Shown piece by piece: positions 37,357-54,299 of a stretch of 64,000 nucleotides of DNA; position 1 is the stretch's first letter; each line of letters opens with the position of its first letter. The DNA is from the human T2T-CHM13v2.0 reference genome, Homo sapiens: assembly GCF_009914755.1 (NCBI RefSeq), contig NC_060930.1; one strand, written 5' to 3'. The position numbers and the translations under genes are program-made. Under the pieces are notes generated by a model that worked only from the letters and a program-made list of their open reading frames with translations, did not search any database and had not been told where the DNA came from.

Positions 37357-37720
37357 TGCTATGGTCTGAATGTTTGTAATGTTTGTGTCCCACCAAAATT
37401 CGTATGTTGAAATCCTAACCCCCAGGGTGATGGTATTAGGAGGTGGGGTGATTAGGTCATGCAAGCGGAACCCTCATGAATGGGATTTGTGCTCTTATAA
37501 GAGAGAGAGACCCCAGAGATATCCTCACCCCTTCCAGAATATGAGGACAAGCGAGAAAGCACTGTTAAAGAACCAGAAAGTTGGTCCTCACCAGACACAA
37601 AACCTGATGTCACCTTGATCTCAGGCTTCCCAGCCTCCACAACTGTGAGAAATAAATTTCTCTTGTTTTTAAGCTACCAGTTTATGGTATTTTGTGATAA
37701 TAGCCTGAACAGACTAAGAC
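37357..37720 (+). mobile_element. MaLR LTR (MLT1A/B or MST-like)
   Basis: TGCTATGGTCTGAATG…CAGCCTCCACAACTGTGAGAAATAAATTTC…GACTAAGACA. Confidence 0.8.
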
Positions 37721-39686
37721 AGCAAGGTCTCACTGTGCTCACTGAGTCACTCAGGACAAATGTGTCCTACAGATCACAACATGTGAATGCAGCAGAAGTC
37801 CATGATGTGAATTGTTGAGACTCTTTGCAATGGGTTTCACTCTAGATTGGTTAACATTGGCTAAATCAATAAACAGACCCAACTCAATACAAGATATCAT
37901 CACCTAATAAGGTCTAAAACTTTCCATTTCTCAAAGCTCTCCTCAAAACCTACACTGTCCTATACTCATAAACTCAGAGGAAACCACAAAGAGACCATAA
38001 ATATATAGCATGTGGTCACCTGGTTAGTTAATGGCAGAACAGGACCCAGGGCTCCAACTTCCCAGTTCCAGGCCATTGTTGCTTAAACAGAAGATAACAG
38101 AGTACCAAAGAATTACCCACAAAGCCAACAACAAACTGAGGACTCACACCAATGTCTCTAAGAAGAGACAGATCTTTGTCTCTAAATTTTTAAATTTTTT
38201 CTTATCTTCTAAATTGTTTTTTACAGTATATTAAAAGTAAGTCCACAGAGCCCTGAACCAGTAAAAGAAATGAGAGCTCTCTAACAATAGTGCACATATA
38301 GTCATGCAGGCATAGAAAACATAATGTTTTTAAAGGAAAAAACAAAACAATAAAACCAATGCTGTTGCAGAGTCTACAATTACAATACAGGTCTAAAAAT
38401 CTTCAATAAGGTTTTTGCAAGGTTATTAACTAAGAGAAACCATTAGAAAAATCTATGTGGTCAAAACTAATTTAATTTAAACAAAGTGTTGACCAAAATG
38501 GCAACTTCAAGAAAGATAAGCCACAATAGCTTAAAAAGTAAACAGGGTTGACCTTTAGAATAAATATTTACCTTGAATTCTAAGATAAGGAAGGGTAGTA
38601 CCTCACTAGATGTATAGCTTTCATAAGTTTTCAAAAATACAGCTATTAAACTTTCATAAAATTTAATGCTCTATCACCGAACACATTAAATGTAAAGTGC
38701 AATGTTTCATAACAATAGAACAGAATCACACAGACTTCAGTTATGTTACCAACACAATCCTTAGTAATAAAAAAAACTAGGTTATTTTAATTTATTATAG
38801 TTTGACCTACAGCTCCTTCCTTCCTTACAATTGTTAAACGGTTCTTAGTATCTAGTTTTCTCAACAAAAAACAAAATCATCAGTTTTCTCTATGATGGCA
38901 ACTTTCTAAAATACAAGGAACACCACAACCTCCTTGCTAACAACAGTAGCCACCATTTACTGAGTGCCTCCCACGTGCCATAAACTGTGTCACCAGTTTA
39001 ATGTGCATTACCTCATTTAACCTTCAAAACAAAACTCATTAAAAAGTGAGTGAGTGGGTCACCCAACTGGAAAGCAACAGAATCTACATATAAACTCAAG
39101 TACATCTGAGACATTTCTGGTCACCATGTTGCTGCTAACCCAAATGAGTACACGCTCAAGGCATTGGGGAATCAGAATTGACCTAATGGATATTAGGCAT
39201 TGAGACTGAGAGAACTTAAGAATATTCAATAGTTGTGCAGTCCCTTTATAGAAATATGCAAGTGTGAGAATAACTCCTGGGAGAGGTAGGGAAAAAACAT
39301 CTTAACCTTGACATCATTCTTTAGAAACTGTATGGGATGATTCTTAACCTTTTTAGGAATTTCATTAAAAAAAAGATATGGATCTTCTTCCTAGAGAATC
39401 ACATATAATATTTTGCATTATTTTAGAAGGTTCTGACTCCTAAAGTCCATTCCATCCACACATCTCAGTTAAAAAATTCCCAAGTGATTGGGCTGAGAAT
39501 CCACAGAATGAAGCTAAGAAAGTGCAAACTGACACAAATAGAATGCTTTGGAAATTGTTTTCAAATGTTAGTACAGCTCTGTTCGTGTAAATGATACTAA
39601 ATTTCAAAGCTCTGACAAATCTACTGCAAGGAACTCACAGAAGGAAAGAAAAGAGGTTTAGATGCTGCCACTGACTGATACACTTA

Positions 39687-39812
<126 letters not shown>

Positions 39813-40077
39813 CTACATTTGAAGACAACAGTCAAAAATAAGCAATGACTTGCAAACCTATGAACACAATTAAGCACATTTACCTTCACAGGAATCCAGC
39901 TGACCCTTGAACAACAGGGGTTTGAATTGTGCAAGTCCACTTATACGTGGATTTCCTGCCTCTGCCACCTCTGAGACCAGCAAAACCAACCCTTCTTCTT
40001 CCTACTCCTCCTCTTTCTAGTAACTTGAACACAACAAGGATGAAAATCTTTATGATGATCCACTTAATGAATAGTAA

Positions 40078-40396
<319 letters not shown>

Positions 40397-40420
40397 TATG
40401 ATTTTCTTAATAACATTTTT

Positions 40421-40567
40421 TCTAGCTTCCTTTATTGTAAGGATACAGTATATAATATACATAACATATTCTAGCTTCCCTTATTATAAGAATACAGTAT
40501 ATAATATACATAACATATTCTAGCTTCCTTTATTCTAAGAATACAGTATATAATATACATAACATAT
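40421..40567. repeat. 3 x 49-bp tandem repeat
   Basis: TCTAGCTTCCYTTATTVTAAGRATACAGTATATAATATACATAACATAT repeated three times. Confidence 0.9.
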
Positions 40568-40585
40568 AAAATATGTGTTAGTTGA

Positions 40586-40888
<303 letters not shown>

Positions 40889-41910
40889 TTAGTTGGCTTT
40901 TTATGTTATCGGTAAGGCTTCTGGGCAACAGTAGGCTATTAGCAGTTAAGTTTTAGGGGAGTCAAAAGATGTAGGTGCATTTTCTACCTCACAGGGGTAG
41001 GTGCACCAACTCCTGCATTGTTCAGGGGTCAACTGTATTTTCACAGATAAATCTATAAAATCATTCCAGTTCATGTTTGTTGCATATCTTACTCCAAGAT
41101 TATCCTTAATAAATATTGCATAGCTCTATCTGTTGCATATCTTGGAGTAGGGTAAGCAATATGCATACCCTACTCCAAGATTATCCTAATAAATATTGTA
41201 TAGAATAGCTCTACCTGCCTCACAGATGTTCAGTAATGTTATGTAGGCTACATTATCAGATATAACTACTTCATTGTTTATAAAAAGACCACATCAATAT
41301 TCCCATTAGTCGTGAAGTAAATCCAAATAAACCTTGAACTCTCAAAAACACGTCCTAATTAGTTTTTGAGATCAGCTGTTTCCTTTACTCTCATTTTCTG
41401 GAAAGGAAATCTTTCTAGGTTTTCTCTAATCTCAGTAATAACCTTTTCCCCCTTCCTGCCCTCCCTTCTGTAGCCAATTTCCTCAATGTTAACCCCTTTC
41501 TCTCTATTCAATTTGTTGGTCTCCTGACTGTATTTGATTAGACTCCTGTTTTTAAAGTTATTCAAAACCGCTGGATATTTCCATGTCTCCACTGATGACT
41601 AATCCATCCTCTCTACTGCCTATATCTGTTTTCAACTATTTATCTAGGGTAAAACCAAGCAACACAGCAGGGTTCTAGGTCTCATTCCAAATCCCTGCTC
41701 TATGAGAGAAAAACAGCTACGTTAGCAGGCAGTGTTACTGAATGGCATCAAATACTTTTTTAATCTCTCAAAAATTCCTATATTCTATATTATCTTTTTA
41801 TAAACTGCCCCATCAAACATAAACTAGATCTGAAAAACACCAATTATTTCAGATATTTGCCAGTCTTTGTTTAAACTTTCTAATGCATTTCAGCAGAGTT
41901 GGTAAGTTAC

Positions 41911-41979
41911 CTCATTCCCACTGACTACAACAAACTCTGAAAGAGTGCCTTGTTTCCAAGGAGGAACTGCAGCCCAGAC
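41911..41979 (-). CDS. RTN4IP1: RTN4IP1 coding exon 3
   Basis: ttcAG|GTCTGG ... AATGAG|GTAACT; 69 nt; [23 protein letters not shown], in frame with exons 2 and 4. Confidence 0.95.
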
Positions 41980-42771
41980 CTGAAACACACACAGACAGAC
42001 AGCTTCATTAGAAACACAGATATTTTTTGACCGAAGCTAAGCAAGAAAGTGTTCCCTAATATATACCCTGTGCTGTGAAAAACACAGAAGTCAGCACTAC
42101 ACCAAGCAGGAGTGTTATTTTCATGATATAAATTTATTACTTAGTATGATTCTAGATTTATCAAGTCAAACCACGCTGGAAGCAGATGCCAGCATATCCT
42201 GCTGCATTTACTGACTACTTCGAGTCCCAATAAGACCACAATCTCTGGGGTCTGAGTCCTGGCTCCACCACTTATTAGCTATGAGACCTCTTTATAGCTT
42301 GGCTTCCTCATCTGTAAACTGGGCCTAACTTTATCTACCTCAGAGGGATTAGATGACTTATTTTATAAAAAGCAACCAGAACAGTGTTAGCTATGATTAT
42401 GAACTATCATTTCTTGGTACAAAAGTTCAAAGTGACAAGTGACAGGTGATTATACCAAACTTAAGCTATTTTAAAGCCATCTCATCCATAAGGCAGAAAT
42501 TGTCATTTAAAGGCCCTTTCAAGGAAAAAAAAAATACCCTAATTCTATATATTTTAAAGTCTTGCATTTCTTAAGTACTAAACTTAGAAAACACAAACTC
42601 AGGTACAGTCAAGATATTTTGGAATTGTTTGTGAAAAAATGTAACAACAGAACCAAAAAAGTGATGGTTCTAGTCAAAGCTCAGTATATTTGTTGAAAAG
42701 AAGAAAAAAGTTCAACAGCATAGAATATACTTCTGAAACAGAATGAAATTTGCACATTTAGTAAAGGAATA

Positions 42772-43278
42772 TGTGGGAGTTCAGTCAGGGTGGTGGGAAA
42801 AATTGTAAGAGGAAAAATTATAAAGATAGTTATAGGAAGTAGACACAAACCTACTTGGAAGGCCGGGGGTGTTGCACAGCTTTAGTAAAACATTTGGCTG
42901 AAAGCAGCCTAATTCTCTTTACCTTGAGTTGATAGCAATAGAGCAAATAACTAGGGAATGTGGGGGAGTTTATCTAAATAGTTTGTTTACTCAAGTGGTC
43001 CTAAGACCAATCTTTGATCTTTCATGGATGCATGATTGCTCTCTACTGCTGCAGAGGCAGGGCACGGTCGGCAATGTTAATTACCCTCTAGTGGTGTTTA
43101 CTCGAGACCTACGTCATTTAATCTGTACTAAATAAATGCAAACTTTGTCAGTTTAGGGGGCAGATGCTGCAGATTCAGGGAGCAGAAGCCCCTTAGCTGC
43201 ACTGACAGGCAAAGTATCTGTGTCAGTGTGCGTCTCTCATCCGTCGCTGGATCAGGGTCTGTGGGTTGGATCCCCGCA
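42772..43278 (+). mobile_element. LTR22 (HERV-K HML-5) solo LTR
   Basis: TGTGGGAGTTCAGTCAGGGTGGTGGGAAAAATT…GGATCCCCGCA; perfect 6-bp TSD GGAATA (42766-42771, 43279-43284); AATAAA on + at about 43131. Confidence 0.8.
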
Positions 43279-43297
43279 GGAATAGTGGCATTCCCTA

Positions 43298-43522
<225 letters not shown>

Positions 43523-43567
43523 TTATAGTCCAGTACAATTTTAGGTCTTCAAGATGTAGATTATAAA

Positions 43568-44036
43568 TCATTCCATTACAAAGACACATAAGTGTATGTT
43601 CACTGCAACACTATTCACAACAGCAAAGACATGGACTCAACCTAACTACCCATCAATGATAGACTGGATAAAAAAACTGTGGTACATACACACCATGGAA
43701 TACTATGCAGCCATAAAAAGGAACGAGATCATGTCCTTTCCAAGGATATGGATGGAACTGGGGGCCATTATCCTTAGCAAATTAACACAGGAACAGAAAA
43801 CTAAAGTGGGAGCTAAATGATGAGAACACATGGACACATAGAGGGGAACAACACACACTGGGGTTTTTCAGAGGGTGGAGGGTGGGAAGAGGAAGAGGAT
43901 CAAGAAAAATAACTAGTGGGTATGAGACTTAATACTTGGGAGATGAAATACTCTGTAGAACAAACCCCCATGACACAAGCTCACCTATGTAACAAACCTG
44001 CACTTGTACCTCTCAACTTAAAAGTTTTTTAAAAAA
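43568..44036 (+). mobile_element. L1PA/L1PB 3' end fragment
   Basis: ORF2 C-terminal remnant ([44 protein letters not shown]) plus 3'UTR. Confidence 0.85.
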
Positions 44037-44512
44037 GTAATCAACCTTATAATTTTTTGCCATTACATGGGAAAGCATAAAAAGATTTTCTTTAAAAAAA
44101 ATTTACTTGGAAAGTGATAATCACTTATTAAACTAAAGCCACCATTGTTCAAAATATTTTTGAAATTCAAATTTTGAAACTGTCTTCAGAACTTTTAGTA
44201 TTATCTTTTATACAGTTTTGCTTTGTTCTTTGAAGATGATGTCTTTATTAACGTATTCATGTCTTTATTAACGTACTCATTCACAAACTTTTTAAACAAC
44301 AGAATATTTGGTGCCAGGTCTGGTGAAGACAAATGTTTAAGCTGTTTGAAGTCAATATATAAATAAGGCAAGAATATAAAGTACTTGATGCTGACAACAG
44401 TTTACCAGTAATGATCCCCACATCCTTAAACATGTTTCTAGAACAACATCTTTGAAATAAATTGGAATAAATTCCTGAGTGATAAAAAGCCTCTTGGCTG
44501 CATCTGTTCTGA

Positions 44513-45122
<610 letters not shown>

Positions 45123-45151
45123 ATATCTTTTTATTTTTAAGACTATTTACA

Positions 45152-45478
<327 letters not shown>

Positions 45479-46089
45479 TCAGCTAAATAAAACTGAAAAC
45501 ATTCTTTTAATTTTTTGGTTCAAGTAAATTTGCTACTCTATAATAATCCAGAGTAATTTATTACATGGCTTCCATATACAACGTGACTTTTCTCAGACCC
45601 AAAAGTATCTGTTATTCTCTCTTCTGCTTGACCTTTTTTTGAGAACCTGTCTGCCATGTGAGGCTTTCCATGATAGGCACCCTGCCTACCTCTCCAGTGT
45701 CATGTACCACTCACTCCCTGCCCCACAACGCATGCTCCACAGTCACTAACCCACTCTGTACGTCTCCCCTTGCCCCGCACCCACTCCTGTGGGCAATCCA
45801 TTAGATCTTAGGGATGAGGAGAAAGCAGCAAAGGAGACTAAGGCGGCAGTTTAAAGACATTCAATGCTGCTGACGGGAGACAGGTTTTCAAATAAGGTCC
45901 AAAGATGCTAAGAGGCTTTAAAACAAACAAACAAGCCTGGATCTAACAGACCTTTGGTAACCCTGCCAGGAGCAACTGCTGTGTAGTGCACTTTTGAGAG
46001 AATGGGAAATAAGGGACTGGAGACATGAGAAGACTGAACTCTCTTTAAAACAGTTTTGTTGCAAAGGGAGCAGAGAAATGGAGCAGTAG

Positions 46090-46454
<365 letters not shown>

Positions 46455-48216
46455 TAAGAAAGGAGAAATAACAGCAAGTCTGTATACTAATGGAGATGAT
46501 CCAGTAGAAAAGAAAAGACTGATGATGCAGGAGACACCTGCCGGAATGATATCCCAGAGTAGGTGAGGGGGATGGGATCAGAAACACAAGCCGAGGGCTG
46601 GCCTTATGTGAAAGCAGTGACAGCTAATCCATACAGCAGGAGGGAAGGTAGAAGATACCGAGAGAGATGCTGACAGGTGGGTAGCTTGCATGAGTTGTGT
46701 TACTAATAAAAAATCAAGACACATGGGATAAAGTGTTTGAAAGGTGGGAAAGTCCCAGAAAATCTAAGCTGATGGCCATTATACCAACATTACAACATTT
46801 GCCATCTGGGGAGTCAGGATTATACTCTGTCAGGGAAAAAAAAAACAACTTCACTTGTAATATTCACAAAAGTCATGTGCTTCACTTTTCCTGCCTTACA
46901 TTCCTTTTCCACTGCTAAAGATAATTAAACAATTATTCACTGAAACTTCTATGTGGTTTGAACAACAGAAGTGGACATTTAGTCGTGTCAAACTTTAGCT
47001 GCTGTTTAAGAGCTGCAGAAAGGTTTCAGTCCTCTTTGAGATACAGAGCCTGCAGCCCAAGGTTGTTTTTAGTTTTCTTGGTCCCCTGATAATGCTAATA
47101 CATCAACTGAGTAGCCTTGGCTCACTGTTACTATCTAACAAGCCCCTGAACCCAGAATGTAGTCAGCTGGCAGTTAGTAATTGAGAACCTGTTTGGTGAC
47201 ACGGATGACTGAATGGGGCCCTTAAGTGTTCCATCCTATTGACAGGGGTTGACACCTTGACTTGTTCAGAGAGTTGGGCCAATTTGAAAAATCCTAAATC
47301 TGTCATCAGTTTAAAGACTTTAATCCCATCTAAAGACACCAAACTTTGTTGGTATGATGCTGTTGGCTGCATTTTTTCCCCATGTAAAAATTCTTCATTT
47401 CTTTAGCCATTTCTATGATTTATTATTTTACGTCCAACAGTAGTGGCCGTCTCCAGAAAAACAGCCAGCCTTCATCTTTCAAATAAAATAGACATGTCTC
47501 TTGCTTTCTTGCCAAGGGAAATAACTGCTTCCTACAGTTTACAGTCTTCTACTCATTATTTTATTTCCCCAAGCTACTGTTTCAGATATCTTCTGCAATG
47601 ACAATAAATATCCTCAAAAGGTAGGAGAAAAAAAAAAAAGAGGATAACTTGCGAATAATATTACCCATTCAAGTCATAAAAAACTAAGATGTTTCAAGAA
47701 TACTATATAAAAGTAAAATGTTTTACAGTGTTATATTATTAAACAGCAGCCAAGAAAAGTCTAGATACAGCCATTCTGTTTAAATGAAAATGTACACGGC
47801 ATGAATTACGCATGTGCATTTAAAGAAATAAAAAGCTAACAGACCTAAACGAAGACAAAATGTAAAAATTACTCATAGATAAAATACTGCTAATTTAAGT
47901 TTGTTATCTTAAGTCAGAACAAAAATATAAAAAGGCATAGAAATAGTGACTGAATGACAACTGCGTATGTGAAGCACTGAAACAGGTTGACAAAGCATGG
48001 GATCAATCTTGAAAGAACTTACAATCAAAGGAGATGAAAAAACATGCTGATCATTGAGTAAAACTTACCACTAAAAGACATATCTTATAAAAAACTGAAT
48101 TCTCTTCAAGCCTAATATAAAAAGAATAAAGGAAAACGGCATGCCCAACTGGTAGTAGCAATTACTACTTCAAAACAAAGAATACAAACGTAGACTTCAT
48201 GAGACAATCACAGTAA

Positions 48217-48580
<364 letters not shown>

Positions 48581-48674
48581 CTAAACTGACTAGGAAACAA
48601 CTATACTTCCGAAGCCTGTGACGGATCTCAGAATACCACAAAGTTCCCTGGACAGAAATTTAGCTACAAACATA

Positions 48675-48967
48675 GGCAGGGCGCAATGGCTCGTCTGTAA
48701 TCCCAGCACTTAGGGGGCGGAGGCAGAGGATCGCCTGAGGTCAGGAGTTCGAGACCAGCCTGACCAACATAGTGAAACCCCATCTCTACTAAAAATACAA
48801 AAAATTAGCCCGGTGTGGTGGCATGCGCCTGTAATCCCAGCTACTCGGGAGGCTGAGGCAGGAGAAATTGCTTGAACCCAGGATGCGGAGGTTGCAGTGA
48901 GCTGAGATCAGGCCACCGCACTCTAGCCTGGGTGACAGAGTGAGACTCAGTCTCAAAAAAAAAAAAG
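48675..48967 (+). mobile_element. AluS
   Basis: TSD TTAGCTACARACA. Confidence 0.88.
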
Positions 48968-49163
48968 TTAGCTACAGACACAGTTCTCAAGTCTGAACTT
49001 ACATATTTAAGGACGCATGAAAACAATCAAGCTTATATTTTGTCAATACAAATGGCCAGAAGGATTCCCTGGCCATTGCAATTTCAAAAATTTTGGAAAT
49101 ATTTGCAGAGGTATTGTTAAAAACCTAAATGATTCATTTATGTAAACCAAAGAAGCGTAGTCA

Positions 49164-49559
<396 letters not shown>

Positions 49560-49789
49560 TCAAACTCTCACCCCTGAATTCAGTCAAATTCTGCCAAACC
49601 ACGGGCTAGTTTCAAAATTAAGCATGCAAAACGGAGCATTCGAAAATGAAGCTAATCTAATGGAGAAACTGAAAGAAGAATACGGAACTGTTATTCCGCT
49701 CTTCGCATATGAAATGCTCGAATTAACGTTCCAGTCAGTATTCTGTCCATTCTCCTCCCTCACTTTCACCCCCTCCACTTTAAAAAAAA

Positions 49790-50580
49790 AAGGGGGGGCG
49801 GGGCATTAAAAAGCAGGTGCGCAAACCCCCTAGATCCCTGCCCTGTCCTGGGAGCCCTCGGCGGGACAAGCAGACACCGCTCGCGATCCAACGCCAGAGA
49901 ATCGAACGCTTGCCGACTGCCGCCGCGACCCTGGCCCGGAATCTCCTTGCCTGCCCGCTCTCCTTAGCCGCCGGGATGGCTTTGCGGCGCCAACCAATCG
50001 CCTACAAAGATCATTTCCTCGGGCTGCAATTCAACCAATCCAAGTACTCGGTGTTGAAGGGCTCAGTGACAATTAAAGATGGCTGCGCCCATGTAACATC
50101 ACTAGCGACCGGTAACCTCTTTTTCCCCCTTGCCTGGCTCCTGTGGTGGCAGGCTGGGCACGAGGACCATGCTGGGCCGGAGCCTCCGAGAAGTGAGTGG
50201 AATTGGCCCGCTGAGGCCCCCGGGAGGGCGGAAAGTTTAACGGACTTCGTTGACAAAGAGTCCCTGGGCCTTACCACGCATCTTGGCCCACCTCGCTGCT
50301 TCCTCTAGAACTGAGTGGGGGATAAGTACCTTTCGATTCTTCGGGTGTACTCGCCGTACCCATTCAGGAGTTAGGACCTTAGCAGGGAAATCTCTGCACC
50401 GCGGATCTGTAGGGTGGTGAAGCGGCTTCTCACCATTAGACATTTGCTCTGGTGTAGGTCGGGATCCGGATGGTCTCGGAGTGGGCTTTGCCAAAGGGGG
50501 CTTGCGGGGCCACTTCAGTCTCTCTTCTGTCCCCGACACTTAGCTGCAGTTGTCGCTAAGAAGCCCGGCGAAACTGTAGT
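49790..50580. promoter_or_regulatory. CpG-island bidirectional promoter shared by RTN4IP1 (-) and QRSL1 (+)
   Basis: Only CpG-dense non-repeat stretch in the window; divergent ATGs 661 bp apart. GC box GGGGCGGGG at about 49795-49803; two CAACCAATC NF-Y boxes (49991-49999, 50032-50040); YY1-type AAGATGGCTGC (50076-50086); no TATA box seen. Confidence 0.9.
50169..50192 (+). CDS. QRSL1: QRSL1 (GatA) coding exon 1
   Basis: ACC ATG CTG GGC CGG AGC CTC CGA GAA|GTGAGT = MLGRSLRE; phase 0, continues in frame into 60839. Confidence 0.93.
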
Positions 50581-51432
50581 TTGCAAAATTCAAATGAGTA
50601 ATTTTTGGCTTTTTTCAAAGAATTCGTTCTCTAGGATTTACCTACCACTAAGATACCAGTGATTTCCTAACCCGTGTCTCCATGTCCTGGACGTCGTGTT
50701 TGAATTCTAGACTGTATTTGTGAATGCTTTCTGGGCAGTTCTTCTAAATGTCACATAAGCACCCTCAAATTCACTTTAATCGGTGTTGAAGTAATCATTG
50801 TAACAGGACTTACCTCTCAACCCCCGTCTTAAAAAAGCTCTGGTATTTCTGAATTCTTAATAGACTCTTTTTAATGGCACAACTATTATCTCATTTGCCT
50901 TTAGATTCTTCCTCATCTTTCATATCCAATAAATCACTAAGCCCTCTTCATTCTATCTTGCAGATATGGCTGGAATCTGCCCTCTTACGTTATTTCTGCT
51001 GTTATAGCTTTAATTCGGGTCTTTTTGCTTCCTGGTTCACGTCACTCAACCTTAGAACTGTCTGCAGGCCCATTGCTATCAGAGTCACATAAAGCACCTG
51101 TTGAAACTAAAACTATGCCCCACTCTAGACTTAATTAGAGCTGTGTGGTAAGTTCGGGAGTATGGTTTAATGGAGGCTCCAGGTGATTTCTGGTAAGAAG
51201 TAGGCGCTGATGACCTAAACTGCCTTCCATCTTCCTTTTTATTCCACCCTAGAAGTTGTCGTTTTGTTTGTTTCCCAGCTGGCAGCGTGGAATTATAATT
51301 ATAGATAGCTGTAATATATAATGAGAAATTGAAATCCACAGGCTTTAAATAATAGTTCTTCCCCCAAAATACATTATTATGTTATCATTTTAAATTGCGT
51401 CGAATCAAATTTGTTCTTTAAAAAATAAATAT

Positions 51433-53482
<2,050 letters not shown>

Positions 53483-54299
53483 GCTCCTTAAGTGCTACCT
53501 TTTTTAGTGCTACTTCTCTCTGGTGTCATTGAGTTAGCCATTGTGAAAAACAACTTTTGCCGCATGGGGGGAGAAAAGAACTATTTAGGAGAGCTGACCC
53601 AGGGGAAAATCCAGAGGTTGCCTTGGCATGATTACTTTTACTTTATCACTCCTTTAACAAATACTGATTAATGCCTAGCATGCAAAATATTTGGTGGTTA
53701 TTTCCCCAGCTCTAAAACTACCTTCTGTCTACTTTGTATTTTTTCCACATCACTGTACTGTTGCCCTAAATTCTACCAATTAGAGATTAATTAATTCATA
53801 CAAATTATCTTTTAATTTAATTCTCTTTTAAATATGTACAGATGCCTGGGAAGGTTGAACAATTTTTTCACCCATTGTTGTAAATTATAACAGTTCAAAT
53901 TTCTTCATAATACCTTAATTGAGATAATCAGTTGAAGAGGGGGAAATTTGCGGGGAATTAGGGAGAAGGGCTGGAAATGATGGCAGCAATTTGGGGGATG
54001 TGAGTGGAAGCTTATGGTAACAGGAGTCCTGGGAATAGGCACAAAAAGGAGGTAAAATGCCAAATAGGTAAAATTCCCATTTGTAAATTTTACCCAAGTA
54101 CATTCAGAAAGGGGGAGGAAATCTCACTTTTACCTTTGTCTTTTGTGGCATGATCCCAGTGTTTCTAGGAGTGAGGCACCAGGCTAATATTATTAATCCT
54201 AAAGTTTAAAGAATGATATATTCATTTGGCTTCTTGGAGCTTCAACTTTAGAAAAACTAATCATTGTTCTATAGGGAAATCGATTCTAAATTTTAAACA

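Noticed and set aside
44239-44280. Short tandem duplications (20-bp here; about 22-bp near 14540; 15-bp near 16293)
   Set aside because: Ordinary slippage duplications with no further structure.
49052-49078. 9-bp hairpin AATGGCCAG-N9-CTGGCCATT near the exon 1 donor
   Set aside because: Short enough to arise by chance in a window of this size.
49817-50662. 80-163 aa ORFs across the CpG island
   Set aside because: GC-rich promoter sequence is stop-poor; several start at non-ATG codons and none resembles a known protein.
50808-50816. Consensus donor GAG|GTAAGT on the minus strand upstream of RTN4IP1
   Set aside because: A single 9-mer is expected by chance in 64 kb; no supporting exon or promoter evidence in the sequence.
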